The position numbers were made by a program, and so were the translations under genes. From a virus, in the IMG/VR virus record IMGVR_UViG_3300028430_000454: DNA of 40,254 nucleotides; one strand, written 5' to 3'. The notes below the pieces were generated by a model. That model was not told where the DNA came from, did no database searches, and saw only the letters and a program-made list of their open reading frames with translations. Shown here piece after piece: positions 1 to 7,850 of the stretch. Every line of letters starts with the position of its first letter. The first letter of the stretch is position 1.

Positions 1-55
1 GGTCGCGCACGAAGTGGACGCCGCACTGAAGGAGACGAAATGAGCGATACGCCGA
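1..55. repeat. contig-end direct repeat, copy 1
   Basis: nt 1-55 (GGTCGCGCACGAAGTGGACG...GCGATACGCCGA) are identical to nt 40200-40254. The ORF ending at 40242 and the ORF starting at 40 (= 40239) read through the junction. Confidence 0.95.
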
Positions 56-378
56 GGACGGATGCAGGATGCTTCGATTCTTTTGAGCATCCTCTGACAG
101 AACAGAACTGCGAGTGCGTAACTGCCGACTTCGCACGCACCCTAGAACGCGAACTCACCGCCGCGAAGGGGGAGATTGAGCGGATGCGGGAGGCGGCGCT
201 GGGCGTGCTGGACGCAATGGAAGTTGTCCGTATCGCCAAACAGTCTGAAGGTGCTGGCGGCGGAAGCTGGATCAGCAGGCCCGCTACCCGCGAGCATCAA
301 GCGCGTATGCAGAAAGCCTACGCGGACATGCACAAGGCAGAGGCAGCCCTCTGCAACGCCCTGAAGGAGCCGAAATGA
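40..378 (+). CDS. hypothetical protein (coiled-coil-like, TPRTDA...LEREL pattern)
   Basis: 112-aa track ORF. Its ATG overlaps the TGA of the preceding ORF (ATGA) across the circular junction. No domain recognised. Confidence 0.55.
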   Translation: MSDTPRTDAGCFDSFEHPLTEQNCECVTADFARTLERELTAAKGEIERMREAALGVLDAMEVVRIAKQSEGAGGGSWISRPATREHQARMQKAYADMHKAEAALCNALKEPK

Positions 379-680
379 CTGGATTGAGTGCGGCGATACT
401 CGCCCTGCTGACCACGCACCCTGAAGGATTGACTGCATCGCAGCTAACACTTCACATTCGCGGCAGAACACCTGATCGACGAGACAACTCAATCAACTGC
501 GCCATGTACCGCCTAAAGCGAGACAAACGAGTAGACGTTGTTCAAGATATGAGAGGAGCCATATACTTTTTATATGGAAGAGCCCGCACATGTGATCTTG
601 AACTAGTCATGCGCGATTGGGATATTACGGCCTCCGCGAAGCTCCGCGAAGAACAGCTGCAAGTTTCTGAAGCCGAGTAG
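375..680 (+). CDS. putative winged-helix DNA-binding protein
   Basis: 101-aa track ORF with an ATGA overlap on the upstream stop. It has an HTH/wing-like pattern (GLTASQLTLHI...AMYRLKRDKRVDVV). It is the last gene of the plus block before the convergent junction. Confidence 0.5.
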   Translation: MTGLSAAILALLTTHPEGLTASQLTLHIRGRTPDRRDNSINCAMYRLKRDKRVDVVQDMRGAIYFLYGRARTCDLELVMRDWDITASAKLREEQLQVSEAE

Positions 681-741
681 GTGACTGCGGCACCTGTCCC
701 AAGCCCTGTGGGAGCGCCGCCACCGGGGGCGGCATGGTGGG

Positions 742-766
742 CATGCCCCCCTGCATGGGGGGCATG
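742..766. terminator. GC-rich hairpin at convergent junction (possible bidirectional terminator)
   Basis: Perfect 10-bp stem, CATGCCCCCC (742-751) with GGGGGGCATG (757-766), and a 5-nt loop. It lies between the plus-block stop (680) and the minus-block stop (876). There is no flanking U-tract. Confidence 0.45.
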
Positions 767-875
767 GCGGCAGCGTCCTGAGGCATGGGAGCAGCCATCT
801 GAAGGGGCTGCGGCACCATGCCCCCGCCCTGTAGCTGCTGCCGCATATCCTGACGCTCTTCTTCAGAGAAGTAGT

Positions 876-1058
876 TCACAGAAAATCGCGCTTGGCGCGT
901 CGTTTGTCCCACAACGACCAGCCGACCCCCGCCGCCGCTGCAACACCCCCGATGATGATGTCCACCTCTGCCCCGTCGATTCCATACTGCACCGCGAACC
1001 CACCCGCGATTGCAGTCAGTATGTGGCGTACGAGGGCTGCGAGCATCGCTGCGTCCAT
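876..1058 (-). CDS. small two-TM membrane protein (holin-like candidate)
   Basis: Internal ATG of track ORF 876..1217 at 1058, preceded by AGGAGA (1065-1070) at 6-nt spacing. The 60-aa product has two hydrophobic segments and a basic tail (DKRRAKRDFL). Confidence 0.55.
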   Translation of the reverse strand: MDAAMLAALVRHILTAIAGGFAVQYGIDGAEVDIIIGGVAAAAGVGWSLWDKRRAKRDFL

Positions 1059-1077
1059 GTAAGTTCTCCTGAAAAAG

Positions 1078-1284
1078 TTAAGAGGGTGCCTTGCCCGAGA
1101 CCCACATGGCGATTGCCACGCCGAGAACGCCGAGCGCCCACATGAATTTATGTAGCAGACTCTTGCCGACTTCTCGGTAGACGTTGTCGAGAACGCGCTT
1201 GGCAGCGCGCTCCGCAATCGCGTCCATCATCTCGTCAGTCAGTGGCAGGTGCGTGCGACGTTCTTCTCCCTTGTATTCGCTCAC
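1078..1284 (-). CDS. small membrane-anchored protein (lysis-cassette candidate)
   Basis: 68-aa track ORF with a charged N-terminal half and a single C-terminal TM (FMWALGVLGVAIAMWV). It sits at the distal end of the late operon. Confidence 0.5.
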   Translation of the reverse strand: MSEYKGEERRTHLPLTDEMMDAIAERAAKRVLDNVYREVGKSLLHKFMWALGVLGVAIAMWVSGKAPS

Positions 1285-1325
1285 GGTGCAGTCCTTGTGG
1301 TGGATGTCTCAGGCAGTGCGAGCAA

Positions 1326-1712
1326 TCATGCTCGGATCTCCGATGCGGCGACGAACAGTTGGTCGAGCTCGGCATTCGTCAGTCCTAGTGCTTTTGCTGC
1401 ATCAACAAGCAAACCAGAAGCCCGTTGAAATTCTTGCGCATCTACCCAAGCAAGTCGAACTAATACCGGGGTCGTCTGCGCCGCCATGTATGCCTCTATT
1501 GTTGGCAACAGTCCTGCTTGATGCAAAGCAGCCTTGGCCTGAAAACGGGTGACCGACTGGGGGATTGGAGCCGGAGGCGGGGTGTAGGGGTCGGGCGTGT
1601 TGCCTGCCGCCAGCCAATCGAGATACTCGGCGTAATCTCGATTTAGTGGATCGGCTGGAATAAACATTTGCCCCTTGCGAACGGCAGCGGGGGAGGCAGT
1701 CAGTTGGTACAT
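1326..1712 (-). CDS. tail-fibre-adjacent protein, DUF4376-like (possible fibre assembly/chaperone)
   Basis: 128 aa, immediately downstream of the tail fibre. The C-terminal half (RFQAKAALHQAGLL..IEAYMAAQ..AWVDAQEFQRASGLL..LGLTNAELDQLF) matches the DUF4376 pattern from memory. Confidence 0.55.
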   Translation of the reverse strand: MYQLTASPAAVRKGQMFIPADPLNRDYAEYLDWLAAGNTPDPYTPPPAPIPQSVTRFQAKAALHQAGLLPTIEAYMAAQTTPVLVRLAWVDAQEFQRASGLLVDAAKALGLTNAELDQLFVAASEIRA

Positions 1713-1714
1713 GA

Positions 1715-3145
1715 TTATAGCTCCACAGCCATGGTGACCTGACCGCTGGTGATATTGGCACTGCCGCCACCAGAAAAAGTGCCCACGAACTGTAGGGTCG
1801 CACTCACAGGGGTCGTGTACTGTACAGTGGGAGTGCCAAGATTGTTAAAGTTAAAAACCGCCCCAGCAAGGTCAACTGTGGGAGAAGCGCGCATCGGAGT
1901 ATCAAAGTGAACTGTATTCCACACACCGTTGCCGAGGCCGACTTGACCCGCCCAAGAGAACGCATTTGTTTCTGCGTTAGCAGCTCGGTATATGCGGAAA
2001 TAACGACGCACCCGCGCGAAACCGGCTTGATACGGCACCCACTCAAAAGGAGTACAAACGGTACCTTTTTCAACTTGAAGTTGAGCTATGTCTATTGTGG
2101 CATTAAGCGTACTAATGAGTTGAGTACCACCAAGGGCGCCAATAATATTTCCTGCAGCCCATGCCCCACTAACAGCTAGACTATTGCTACCAGCGCCACA
2201 GTTAAAATGAATTAGCATTCCACGCTGATTGTCCTGCGGCCATGTTCCTGTAGTATCGCCAGGAATGTTAGGAATTGTTACGTATTGCCAAACATTGGCA
2301 GCAAGGTATTGAAAAGAAAATGGATATCCCCTACTGGCGGCTGGATTCTTTACTGCTCCGGAATGAGGTCCTACGAGAGAGGATCGAAACCAAAAGCTAA
2401 TAGAAATTGGTTGAGCATCAGGTGTACCAAACGCTAGATCTGCAACATCTAGTCCCTCAATAAGAGCTGTGTAGATGTATTGATCAGTCGGAGCAAGCGT
2501 TCCATCTGCTGTGGTAGCTTGGATACGCACAAAGTTTTGTCTGCCGTTTACTGGTCCGCCTGTTGCAACAGACGAGATTGTTAATGCACCCGGAGCAGCG
2601 GCAGCAAAACAATCAGTGCAGTCATGCGTACGAACACCACTGCCAGGACTAGTATTTACTGCTGCGCCATTGTTCCGCTGGTCGAACTGGAACGCCCCGT
2701 TGGCGAAACGGTTCTTGTTGACGATAGTGGCCCCGAGAACAGTGCGGGCAGCGGGCGCATCGACTGCGTCTAGAAGAGTCTGCCCGTAGGCCGTGGTCGT
2801 TGCCACAGCTTCCCACGCAGACCCATTCCAAATGTCCATTGCACCGACATTGAACCTGTACTGTGTAATTCCTGACAAAGAAAGTCCGACACTGCTACTA
2901 CCGATGCGATACAGGCCAGTGGTAGACTCAGCAGAAAATGAAAGCGCCGGGGCTACTGCCGTACCATCGATTAGTCGCAGGGGAGCAGTCATGCCCCCGG
3001 CCCCGCTGCGGCTGAGGCTGTCCGTTAAAGCAGCGGCGACGTCTGTGAGTGTACTATTTGCCCACGTAACCGTGATAGTCGTAGCTGCCACCACCGGGTT
3101 GACTACCGGGGGCAGTGTGTAGTTTCCGTTGATATCGCGTGACAT
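1715..3145 (-). CDS. tail fibre / receptor-binding protein
   Basis: 476 aa. The N-terminal ~100 aa (LTDSLSRSGAGGMTAPLRLIDGTAVAPALSFSAESTTGLYRIG) is the conserved phage tail-fibre anchor motif. The C-terminal part is unrelated and visibly AT-richer. It sits after the internal virion genes. Confidence 0.7.
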   Translation of the reverse strand: MSRDINGNYTLPPVVNPVVAATTITVTWANSTLTDVAAALTDSLSRSGAGGMTAPLRLIDGTAVAPALSFSAESTTGLYRIGSSSVGLSLSGITQYRFNVGAMDIWNGSAWEAVATTTAYGQTLLDAVDAPAARTVLGATIVNKNRFANGAFQFDQRNNGAAVNTSPGSGVRTHDCTDCFAAAAPGALTISSVATGGPVNGRQNFVRIQATTADGTLAPTDQYIYTALIEGLDVADLAFGTPDAQPISISFWFRSSLVGPHSGAVKNPAASRGYPFSFQYLAANVWQYVTIPNIPGDTTGTWPQDNQRGMLIHFNCGAGSNSLAVSGAWAAGNIIGALGGTQLISTLNATIDIAQLQVEKGTVCTPFEWVPYQAGFARVRRYFRIYRAANAETNAFSWAGQVGLGNGVWNTVHFDTPMRASPTVDLAGAVFNFNNLGTPTVQYTTPVSATLQFVGTFSGGGSANITSGQVTMAVEL

Positions 3146-4821
3146 TATTCTTCTCCCGGAGACGCTGCTGCGCCCGCCCCATACAGATAAGGGCCTGCTC
3201 TGCGCAGGGCTTCAGCGAGGTCTTTTTGACTTTGGTTTTGGCCCATGAGGAAACGCGCACCCCTGACGGTCTGACCGATGGCAGATGTTCCGTATAGTCC
3301 GGCGAGAATAGGGGCGATGATAGGATTACTTGTCGCCACACCGATACCCCCGACTCCGAGCGGGGCCAAAATTCGCATGGTGGTGTTGACATCTCCACGT
3401 CCTGCTGCTGCATGCGTGGGACCGAGTACTCGCTGGGCGGGGCCAACCAACTCGTCTACTGTGTTCACACCTGCCATCGGGTCAGCACGCCCATACGCAG
3501 TCTTCAACCGATCTATTCCCACGCCCACATTCTCACCGGCAGCGTCCTTCGCCGCCGTTTTCATGCGACTGAGGTCGTAGTTCAGGCGATCGATGTCCTT
3601 GACCCGCATAAGTTGCTCGGGGGTGATGCGCCCATACACGTGATTTTTGAAGACGTCGCGGGCACGATCTATCGCGGCGACTACTCCTGGATCGTTGGTG
3701 CGTGCCGCTTTGCGCTTGAGCTCCGTCAATATTTCTTTTTGAATTTCTTTTTGCGTCATCCGTGTGCCACGGGCAGACAGCTTGGTCGCGTCTATGGTGT
3801 CTGCGATGATTGCTGCTGCTTCCCCCGCCGCCTTCGCCCCACCGCCGAGCCTGCCGGTTTGGGAGGCTGCCGCAGAGGCCCGCCCCACCAACGACTGTGT
3901 GATGGGAAACTTCTGTCCCTGGAACACGTCGTCGTATGCGCGGCTGACGTAGTCTTGAGCGGACTCGAGTAGTTCGTTTCCAGTGCCTCCGGGAATGTCT
4001 CTGTTGCCTTCGGTGATCTTTCGGAACAGAGACTCACCGAGTTCTTCGTTTTGTCGCTGCAAAACTCGCCGCGACCCCGCAGCCAGCGAACCAATCGACT
4101 TGCCGATGCGTCTTTCGGCTCCCTGAGATAGTGTAGGAGTTATCCCAGCCTCCATAAGCTTCACCGCGTCAGGGCTGGGGGTGAACATCCTGGTCGTGGC
4201 CTTGCGCAGGACCGTGCCGACGCCCTGCATGCCCGCGCCGAGCGCAGCATCGATCGCAGCCTGTCTGCCCTTCTCTGCGAAGCGTGCTTCTGCACCTTCC
4301 GCCTCGCTAGGGGTCAGCGCGAAGCCGGTAGCCCCGCTGACGCCCGCTGCAGAGCCTACGGTTGCCAGCGTGCGTGCCGCCCGGCCCGCACCAGCGGCCT
4401 TCGCAAGCACACTACCCGCCTTCGCACCGGGGACGGCAGTCATTGCGATGTTGCCTGCGACTTCTCCGGCCCCACGGCCGAACGCGCCCATGCCAGACTC
4501 GCGTTCGCTCTCTTGCCGTATCTGCTCGAGCACGCCTTTGTTTTCCGGAGACAAGTCGGTGAACAAGCTCTTGATGCCGAGCGCAGCCTTGATGGCCGAG
4601 TCTCCCAGACCAGACACGACCGACCCTGACCCCGGCACCGCAGCACCCAGCCCCCGCTGCAATACACCCGCCCGCTCTGAGGCCTGTAGAGGCGCGGGAG
4701 CCGCCGCAGCGGGTTGGGTGGTGCTACCCCCTTGCCCCGTGGCTTGCGTGGCCTCCAGACGCGCCTGAGCCCTTGCCAGCGCCTCGGCCCGTGCAATCGC
4801 GCTTTGCTGTTCTGGGGTCAC
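3145..4821 (-). CDS. internal virion / ejection protein (large, Ala/Gly-rich, hydrophobic segments)
   Basis: 558 aa, start overlapping the upstream stop. It has Gly/Ala-rich hydrophobic stretches near the middle and C-terminus. Its position corresponds to T7 gp15/16-type proteins. No lytic transglycosylase motif seen. Confidence 0.5.
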   Translation of the reverse strand: MTPEQQSAIARAEALARAQARLEATQATGQGGSTTQPAAAAPAPLQASERAGVLQRGLGAAVPGSGSVVSGLGDSAIKAALGIKSLFTDLSPENKGVLEQIRQESERESGMGAFGRGAGEVAGNIAMTAVPGAKAGSVLAKAAGAGRAARTLATVGSAAGVSGATGFALTPSEAEGAEARFAEKGRQAAIDAALGAGMQGVGTVLRKATTRMFTPSPDAVKLMEAGITPTLSQGAERRIGKSIGSLAAGSRRVLQRQNEELGESLFRKITEGNRDIPGGTGNELLESAQDYVSRAYDDVFQGQKFPITQSLVGRASAAASQTGRLGGGAKAAGEAAAIIADTIDATKLSARGTRMTQKEIQKEILTELKRKAARTNDPGVVAAIDRARDVFKNHVYGRITPEQLMRVKDIDRLNYDLSRMKTAAKDAAGENVGVGIDRLKTAYGRADPMAGVNTVDELVGPAQRVLGPTHAAAGRGDVNTTMRILAPLGVGGIGVATSNPIIAPILAGLYGTSAIGQTVRGARFLMGQNQSQKDLAEALRRAGPYLYGAGAAASPGEE

Positions 4822-5963
4822 TTGAACAGTGCCCTATCTTCTGCGGGCATTACTGCCCACACGGCGGGGGGTATGCCCGCCGGAGGGCTGCCTGCTGCTG
4901 CTGCTGCGGGGGCGGGTCGGGGGCGCGTGGACTCCGGCACTGTGCGCGTACGACCAGGACTGGGCGTCGCCGTGGGAAGGCGCGCATCCGCAGGAGTACG
5001 GCGATCGAACCGAACAGGGGAGCGCGAATTGTACACTTCGAGAATATTGTCAGGAACGGTCGACAAAAGGTTCTGCTTTTTGCCTTCGATAGCCTCGAAC
5101 ACGTTGTTCCAACCATTACGCAGTGCAGCCTCGGACATCCCTTTGCCGAGTGCAACTTCTCGCAAGAACCTCTGCGATTCTTGCGTAGTGACCGCAGCAC
5201 CCGATCGAGACTTCAGAATGATGTTCGCAGCCATCTGCATATTGCTGCGAATTTGCTGTGCTTCGTCAGAAAGTGCGAAGTCTGGAGCCATAGACATGAC
5301 ACGTCCGTACCCCGGAATACTGGTGTATTCAGTCAGCACTCCACGCACGCTGCCGAGAGCTTGCTCCAGTTCTGGTATGCCCGCTTTTTCCAGTGTTTCC
5401 CCTAGCCTGCGCACGCTATTGTCTGTGTCTTTTTCTTCACGGCTTCGCGCACGGTCGGCAGCGTTTCCGCCCGCCACTGCCGCTAAAGCTCGCCGCAAAC
5501 CCATAGACTCCAAGTGTCGTTCTCTGCGGTCTTCTGCAGCGCGTTCAGCCGCGCTCATGCGATCGCGGTGCATTTGCTGCTGCAAGTCTCGACGTTCTTG
5601 ATCTCGTTCTTTGCGCTCATCCGCTGCAATGACCGCAGCCTGCAACCGACTAGCGCGAGCCTCACGTTTCTCATCGGCGAACATGGGCGACTCGACGAAC
5701 TGGCCTTCATTGGGGAGCATGAATCCCTGCTGTCCCATTTGCACCGGGGAGAACTGCTCTCGCTGGCTACCTGCCGACATTTTGGCTGCGGCGGCAGCTC
5801 CAGGATTTGCAGCCATTTGCGAAGCCGCAGCCAGCAAGTCCATGCGGCCAGCATTTTGATTCGCAATGCGCAGTGCAGCCGACTCCTCACCCCGTCGCTG
5901 ATTGCGGAGGATGTCGGCTTGCGAAGGGCCACTTCCTGCGGAGAGAAGCTCTAGCAGATCCAT
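4818..5963 (-). CDS. internal virion / ejection protein
   Basis: 381 aa, translationally coupled on both sides. It has a highly charged Arg/Glu/Asp coiled-coil centre and a Pro/Ala-rich C-terminus. The call rests on position. Confidence 0.5.
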   Translation of the reverse strand: MDLLELLSAGSGPSQADILRNQRRGEESAALRIANQNAGRMDLLAAASQMAANPGAAAAAKMSAGSQREQFSPVQMGQQGFMLPNEGQFVESPMFADEKREARASRLQAAVIAADERKERDQERRDLQQQMHRDRMSAAERAAEDRRERHLESMGLRRALAAVAGGNAADRARSREEKDTDNSVRRLGETLEKAGIPELEQALGSVRGVLTEYTSIPGYGRVMSMAPDFALSDEAQQIRSNMQMAANIILKSRSGAAVTTQESQRFLREVALGKGMSEAALRNGWNNVFEAIEGKKQNLLSTVPDNILEVYNSRSPVRFDRRTPADARLPTATPSPGRTRTVPESTRPRPAPAAAAAGSPPAGIPPAVWAVMPAEDRALFK

Positions 5964-6386
5964 TTAGTACCCTGCGTCGTCGTAGGGAGTATAGCGCTTC
6001 GACATGGGGGCAGTCGCTGTGGGCATGGAGGTAGTGGGGGCCACAGGATTAATGGCCGGCGTCTGGGGGCGGTTCATGTCTCGATTGCGCAGGAGCGCGC
6101 GCAGGATGGTGGCATTCTGCGCACCCATGCTCGTGTCTAGCCTGCCCCCCGTTTCTTGCGCTCGCTGCCCGAGTTTTTCGGAAGAAAGGTTCTTTGCCAT
6201 CTCCCCCGCATACTGCATGAAGTGCGGAGCGACGAAGTGTCCGTCGACCATTTGTCCACGCGGAGCGATTCCGCGCATCATCTCCGCCTGTTTTCGCTGG
6301 AGGTCGTATTGTCGTTGGAGCCCTTGATTGGCAGTGCCCCCCTCGATCAATTGCCGAAGCTCTTCGTCTGTAATGACTTCGTTCAT
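5964..6386 (-). CDS. virion-associated hypothetical protein
   Basis: 140-aa track ORF, tightly packed between two internal-virion-type genes. No domain recognised. Confidence 0.5.
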   Translation of the reverse strand: MNEVITDEELRQLIEGGTANQGLQRQYDLQRKQAEMMRGIAPRGQMVDGHFVAPHFMQYAGEMAKNLSSEKLGQRAQETGGRLDTSMGAQNATILRALLRNRDMNRPQTPAINPVAPTTSMPTATAPMSKRYTPYDDAGY

Positions 6387-7390
6387 GCGAGCACCATCTG
6401 ATAATTGACTTGGAGATACCCGCCAACCTCCCGTACAGCATCGGGCATGATCTTTTGCACTTCCTGCGCCAGTACGCCAATGTCAAGTTGACCGGCCTTC
6501 GGCCCAGCACGCCAGCGGAACACGTACACGTTGATGCCGTTGTCCAGAAGACCGAGCTCGTAAATGACAGTTTTCAGGCGCTCGTCTGAAAAGGCGAACG
6601 GAACCGCAGCACTTCCAAGGCTGAACAGTCCACTCGTCATATTGGCTGCGTTCGCGTTTTTCGCGTTGACGGCACCCATCTGGGCACCGTAGCCCATGTT
6701 CGCGGCAGACAGCATGTCTGCTCCTGGGGTCGTGGCTTGAGTCGGCACGTTGCTGAACGTAGGATTGACCACTTGCTGCCCACTGCGAACGGCATTGAGC
6801 ATGTTCAGCGGTTCGTTGCGGAAGAAGTTTTCTTCTTGCAATCCCTGCTGGCGGGCCTGCTGGCCCACAGTGATGCCGGACAACGCAGCTTGGCTGTATG
6901 CATCGTTAGCTTGGCGATCCGCACGCTCCATCTCGCGGTCGTAGGCCTCGCTATTTTGCGTCAATCCCTGGTTGAGCAGTTGCGTGCGCAGGGCTTCTCG
7001 GTCGCGGTCGAGTTGCGGCTGGATACGCCGGAGGATCGCAGCCTGCCCCGTCTCGCCAGCGTTGACAGTGCGCCCCGGCAGCTTGCTTTGGTCGAATGGG
7101 CTGTCCAGAGCAGACTGAACATAGCCGAGACCCTTGGACGAAACTGAAGACAGCCCTTGCTTGATGGCATTGTCTTGGTCGAACAGTTTCTGCTGCTCGG
7201 GGGATAGTGCGACAGTCTCCCGCCAACGGTCGCCACCGAGGTCCTCATATGAGCGGGTGCCGTAGGGAGAAACTTGGTCGACACGATTCGCCCGAGCAGC
7301 GATGCGCGCTGCTTCGGCATTGCCTGCTGCGGTGGCCTGTGCGGCACCAGCGTAGTCAGGCGGGGGCGGTGCGGAGGCTTTTCCTCCCAT
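6383..7390 (-). CDS. Gln-rich coiled-coil virion protein with C-terminal peptidase-S74 intramolecular chaperone domain
   Basis: 335 aa. The last 68 aa (SDERLKTVIYELG...IGVLAQEVQKIMPDAVREVGGYLQVNYQMVLA) fit the S74 auto-cleaving chaperone signature (SD-x-R-x-K ... AQEV..P.AV ... Y). Confidence 0.7.
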   Translation of the reverse strand: MGGKASAPPPPDYAGAAQATAAGNAEAARIAARANRVDQVSPYGTRSYEDLGGDRWRETVALSPEQQKLFDQDNAIKQGLSSVSSKGLGYVQSALDSPFDQSKLPGRTVNAGETGQAAILRRIQPQLDRDREALRTQLLNQGLTQNSEAYDREMERADRQANDAYSQAALSGITVGQQARQQGLQEENFFRNEPLNMLNAVRSGQQVVNPTFSNVPTQATTPGADMLSAANMGYGAQMGAVNAKNANAANMTSGLFSLGSAAVPFAFSDERLKTVIYELGLLDNGINVYVFRWRAGPKAGQLDIGVLAQEVQKIMPDAVREVGGYLQVNYQMVLA

Positions 7391-7841
7391 ACTTCTCTCC
7401 CATTTCCAAGAAACGGCACTGTTGCCGTGTCATGGTATATATCAGTAAGTCGCCAACCTTGCCAGCGTCTTTGATGGTTGCCTCTTGGATAAATCCAAGG
7501 TGCTCATCAAATTTTCGGGCCGGGGCGTTCGTACTGTCAACCAAACCAACGATCTTACTTACGTTGATTTGGTTGAATGGGTAATCGAAGCACACCCAGA
7601 GAAACTCTCTCGTCATCCACCGCGCTCCGGGCACAGCGGCGACGTGCATACAAATCGACCTGCCATTCCAACCATCAAACAGGACGCCCGCTATCAGGTC
7701 GTCCGTTGTAGGATTTGTCAACCCTATGGCCGCAGAGTCAGACTTGGAGAAGCTGCCCCCTGTCCTATCGCACACCCACGGCCCCACCCAATCAACGTCA
7801 AAGATAATTCTTGAGGACACTGTACCACAGTGCGCGGGCAT
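7356..7841 (-). CDS. GNAT-family N-acetyltransferase-like protein (moron candidate)
   Basis: 161 aa, with AAGGA 6-7 nt upstream of the ATG at 7841. It has a GNAT-like core (ICMHVAAVPGARWMTREFLWVCFDYPFNQINVSKIVGLVDSTNAPARKFDEHLGFIQE). The gene is visibly AT-richer than its neighbours. Confidence 0.65.
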   Translation of the reverse strand: MPAHCGTVSSRIIFDVDWVGPWVCDRTGGSFSKSDSAAIGLTNPTTDDLIAGVLFDGWNGRSICMHVAAVPGARWMTREFLWVCFDYPFNQINVSKIVGLVDSTNAPARKFDEHLGFIQEATIKDAGKVGDLLIYTMTRQQCRFLEMGEKYGRKSLRTAPA

Positions 7842-7850
7842 TGTAAATCC

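Noticed and set aside
1-55. Genuine direct terminal repeat of the virion DNA
   Set aside because: It is only 55 nt and lies inside two coding sequences. It looks like an assembler overlap rather than a biological terminal repeat. Read-end analysis is still needed.
681-1145. 154-aa plus-strand ORF (GTG start)
   Set aside because: It is antisense to the SD-supported 60-aa and 68-aa minus-strand genes and to the junction hairpin. It gives a Pro/Ala/Trp-rich nonsense-like peptide typical of an open antisense frame in GC-rich DNA.
1715-3145. Diversity-generating retroelement targeting the tail fibre
   Set aside because: There is no reverse transcriptase ORF anywhere. I see no template or variable repeat pair matching the fibre 3' end.
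4714-5601. 295-aa and 210-aa plus-strand ORFs (4714..5601, 4773..5405)
   Set aside because: They are antisense to the tightly coupled internal-virion genes and give Arg/Ser/Ala-rich low-complexity peptides.
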